The notes under the pieces: generated by a model | What the model was told of the DNA's origin: nothing | What the model saw: the letters and a program-made list of their open reading frames with translations, nothing else | Databases searched by the model: none | Program-made: the position numbers and the translations under genes | Assembly: GCF_001194135.2 (NCBI RefSeq) | Contig: NC_068995.1 | Span: 16,102,547-16,141,694, forward strand | DNA from: Octopus bimaculoides | Lineage: Eukaryota | DNA length: 39,148 nucleotides | Reading direction: 5' to 3' | In this document: positions 37,060 through 39,148 of the stretch, one piece after another | How the letters are laid out: each line of letters starts with the position of its first letter | How positions within the stretch are numbered: position 1 is the stretch's first letter

Positions 37060-37527
37060 TGTTTGTGACGTTAAGGAGCTCACTTTCCTGCCACGTGGTT
37101 CCAGGTTCGGTCCCGCTACGCGGTCTCTTGAGGAAGTATCTTTCACTGTTGCCCTGGACAGACCAATGCCATGCGAGTAAATTTAATAGATACAAACCAT
37201 GTGGAAGCCCTTCATTTGTGTTTTTGCAGATCTTTGTGCCCGTATTTATCCCACCACCACTGCTTGACAACCAGTGTAGATTTGTTTTGGTAATGTAACT
37301 TAGCGATTCGGCAAAAGTGACCGAAAAAATAATTACCAGGTTAAAAAAAAGAAACAGGCGCAGGAGTGTCTGTGTGGTAAGTAGCTTGCTTACCAACCAC
37401 ATGGTTCTGGGTCCAGTCCCAGTGCGTAGCACCTTGGGCATGTGTCTTCTACTATAGCCTCGGGCCGACCAAGGCCTTGTGAGTGGATTTGGTAGACGGA
37501 AACTGAAAGAAGCCCGTCGTATATATG

Positions 37528-37558
<31 letters not shown>

Positions 37559-37875
37559 ATTTGTGTGCCTGTGTTTGTTCCCCCACCATCGCTTGACAAC
37601 CGATGCTGGTGTGTCTACGTCCCCGTAACTTAGCTGTTAGGCAAAAAGTGACCGATAGAATAAGTACTAGGCTTACAAAGAATAAGTCTTGGGGTCGATT
37701 TGCTCGACTAAAAGCGGCGCTCCAGCATGGCCGCAGTGAAATGACTGAAACAAGTAAAAGAGAGAGAGAGAGAGTAAAAAGAGTATTGAAATCTATTTGT
37801 TTGACTAAAACCCTTGAAAGTGGTATCCCAGCATGGCCGCAGCCTAAAGACTAAAACAAATAAAAAAAATAAAAG
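37060..37875 (+). mobile_element. Older family-A-related SINE interrupted by a younger copy
   Basis: 5' part 37060-37355 and 3' part 37785-37875 (gactaaaacccttgaaagtggtatcccagcatggccgcag) join into one colinear element. Confidence 0.65.
37356..37784 (+). mobile_element. Family-A SINE, full length
   Basis: aggcgcaggagtgtctgtgtggtaagtagcttgcttacc through ctccagcatggccgcagtgaaatgactgaaacaagtaaaagag. Confidence 0.92.
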
Positions 37876-38516
37876 TCAAAGCAGTGAATGGCACAGAAAC
37901 TGTAGACGAACGGAAAAATTATACCCAAATTTCATTTTCCCATGTCCTAAAAATGTTCATATTATTTTCATAACTAAAAGTAAAATTATATTTCATGTAA
38001 CTTACATATTCAACAGAAAGGAGTGTACACAGAAAGTAACAAAACTATTTCTTTAAAACAGTTGAAAAAACCGCCTACACAATTTTTTCTTTAAATTCTG
38101 TTACACCAACCGTTACGAAATCATGATGCACCCACATACTGGCGTAAGAATAGGTTATGTTTCTTCTTTTCTTTCTCTGTTCCCCTGCCCCTTTTCGTTA
38201 TATTACATGTGTGTCACGATTCCGGTAGAATCATTTTTATCCAATCAAAACATTCTGTGTAGAATGATAATATTTAACTAACTCTTTCAAAGTTTTAGAT
38301 CCGGTTGGTTTAATTCCATTCCACGAGCTCACACCAGCCATACCCGGTTGCGCTGATGGAATTTTACAGTAAAACTCCATTCAAGTCTTGGATAATGATT
38401 TTTATTTACTTCTTTAAATGTCGATTATATTACATAATCAGAAAACTGACGCCCACAAATACTACTGACCTCCGTGTAAACGCATCCATCTGATTCTCCA
38501 ATTACACTAAAACTAC

Positions 38517-38553
<37 letters not shown>

Positions 38554-38570
38554 TAATAATGATAATAATA

Positions 38571-38702
38571 ATCCTTTCTACCATAGACATAAGGACTGAA
38601 ATTTGGGGCAGGGGGCTAGTCGAATATCGACTCCAGTACTCAATTGGTACTTATTTCATCGACCCAAAAAGAATGAAAGGCAAAGCTGACCTCCGCTGAA
38701 TC
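38571..38702 (-). mobile_element. Family-B SINE, 5'-truncated, (ATT)n tail
   Basis: aatcctttctaccatag...cgactccagtactcaattggtacttatttcatcgaccc...gaatgaaaggcaaag; (AAT)n at 38515-38572. Confidence 0.8.
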
Positions 38703-38704
38703 TT

Positions 38705-38740
<36 letters not shown>

Positions 38741-38742
38741 AA

Positions 38743-38899
38743 TAATCCTTTCTATTACAGGCACAAAGCATAAATCTTTGGGGGAGGGAACTAGGTGATT
38801 ACATTGACCCCAGAATTTCACTGGTACGTAATTCATCGACCCCGAAAGGATGAAATGTAAAGCTGACTTCGACGGGATTTGAACTCAGAACATAAGCTA
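38743..38899 (-). mobile_element. Family-B SINE, 5'-truncated
   Basis: aatcctttctattacagg...catcgaccccgaaaggatgaaa...gatttgaactcagaac. Confidence 0.8.
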
Positions 38900-38925
38900 A
38901 CGATTGTGCAAGCTCGAAGCCTTAA

Positions 38926-38983
<58 letters not shown>

Positions 38984-38984
38984 G

Positions 38985-39148
38985 ATCCCCAACTTCTGGT
39001 TAAAACACCTGACAGGAATGCATAAAAAGCTGGCAGAAAACTTTAACAACATACTAGCAGAGCCAGAGACAATGCCTGAATGGCTCACGAAAGGGAAAAC
39101 CATCTTAATCCCCAAATCCACGGAAACGGAGAGACCACAAAACTATAG
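38985..39148 (+). mobile_element. R4/Dong-type reverse transcriptase fragment, 5'-truncated, runs off the window end
   Basis: Open frame IPNFWLKHLTGMHKKLAENFNNILAEPETMPEWLTKGKTILIPKSTETERPQNY (region leading into NYRPI), starting directly after a (TAA)n tract. Confidence 0.85.

Overview
Eukaryotic, AT-rich, repeat-dominated draft-assembly DNA with seven N gaps and dense microsatellites. The repeat content looks like an octopus (coleoid cephalopod) intron or intergenic region; this is inferred from recognising the repeats, not from a database search. I found no host protein-coding gene I can recognise. Nearly all ORFs in the supplied track are translated microsatellites, N runs or SINE frames. 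Supportable content: (1) two abundant tRNA-headed SINE families, called A and B here, several copies with target-site duplications; (2) LINE remnants: an L1/Tx1-type reverse transcriptase fragment, a gag-like zinc-knuckle ORF1 fragment, and three R4/Dong-type fragments beside (TAA)n tracts; (3) an internally deleted Tc1/mariner element with both TIRs and TA flanks; (4) a 177-bp palindromic MITE-like element; (5) a third diverged repeat family (C). The most unusual feature is at 9.16-9.71 kb: a tRNA-like head, then a 113-bp direct repeat (period 358 bp) enclosing a decayed type-I hammerhead-ribozyme-like motif, a candidate Penelope-like or retrozyme-type element. A few weak candidate exons are listed at low confidence. 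No CRISPR, rRNA or intact tRNA gene is seen. Repeat boundaries without TSDs or TIRs are approximate.
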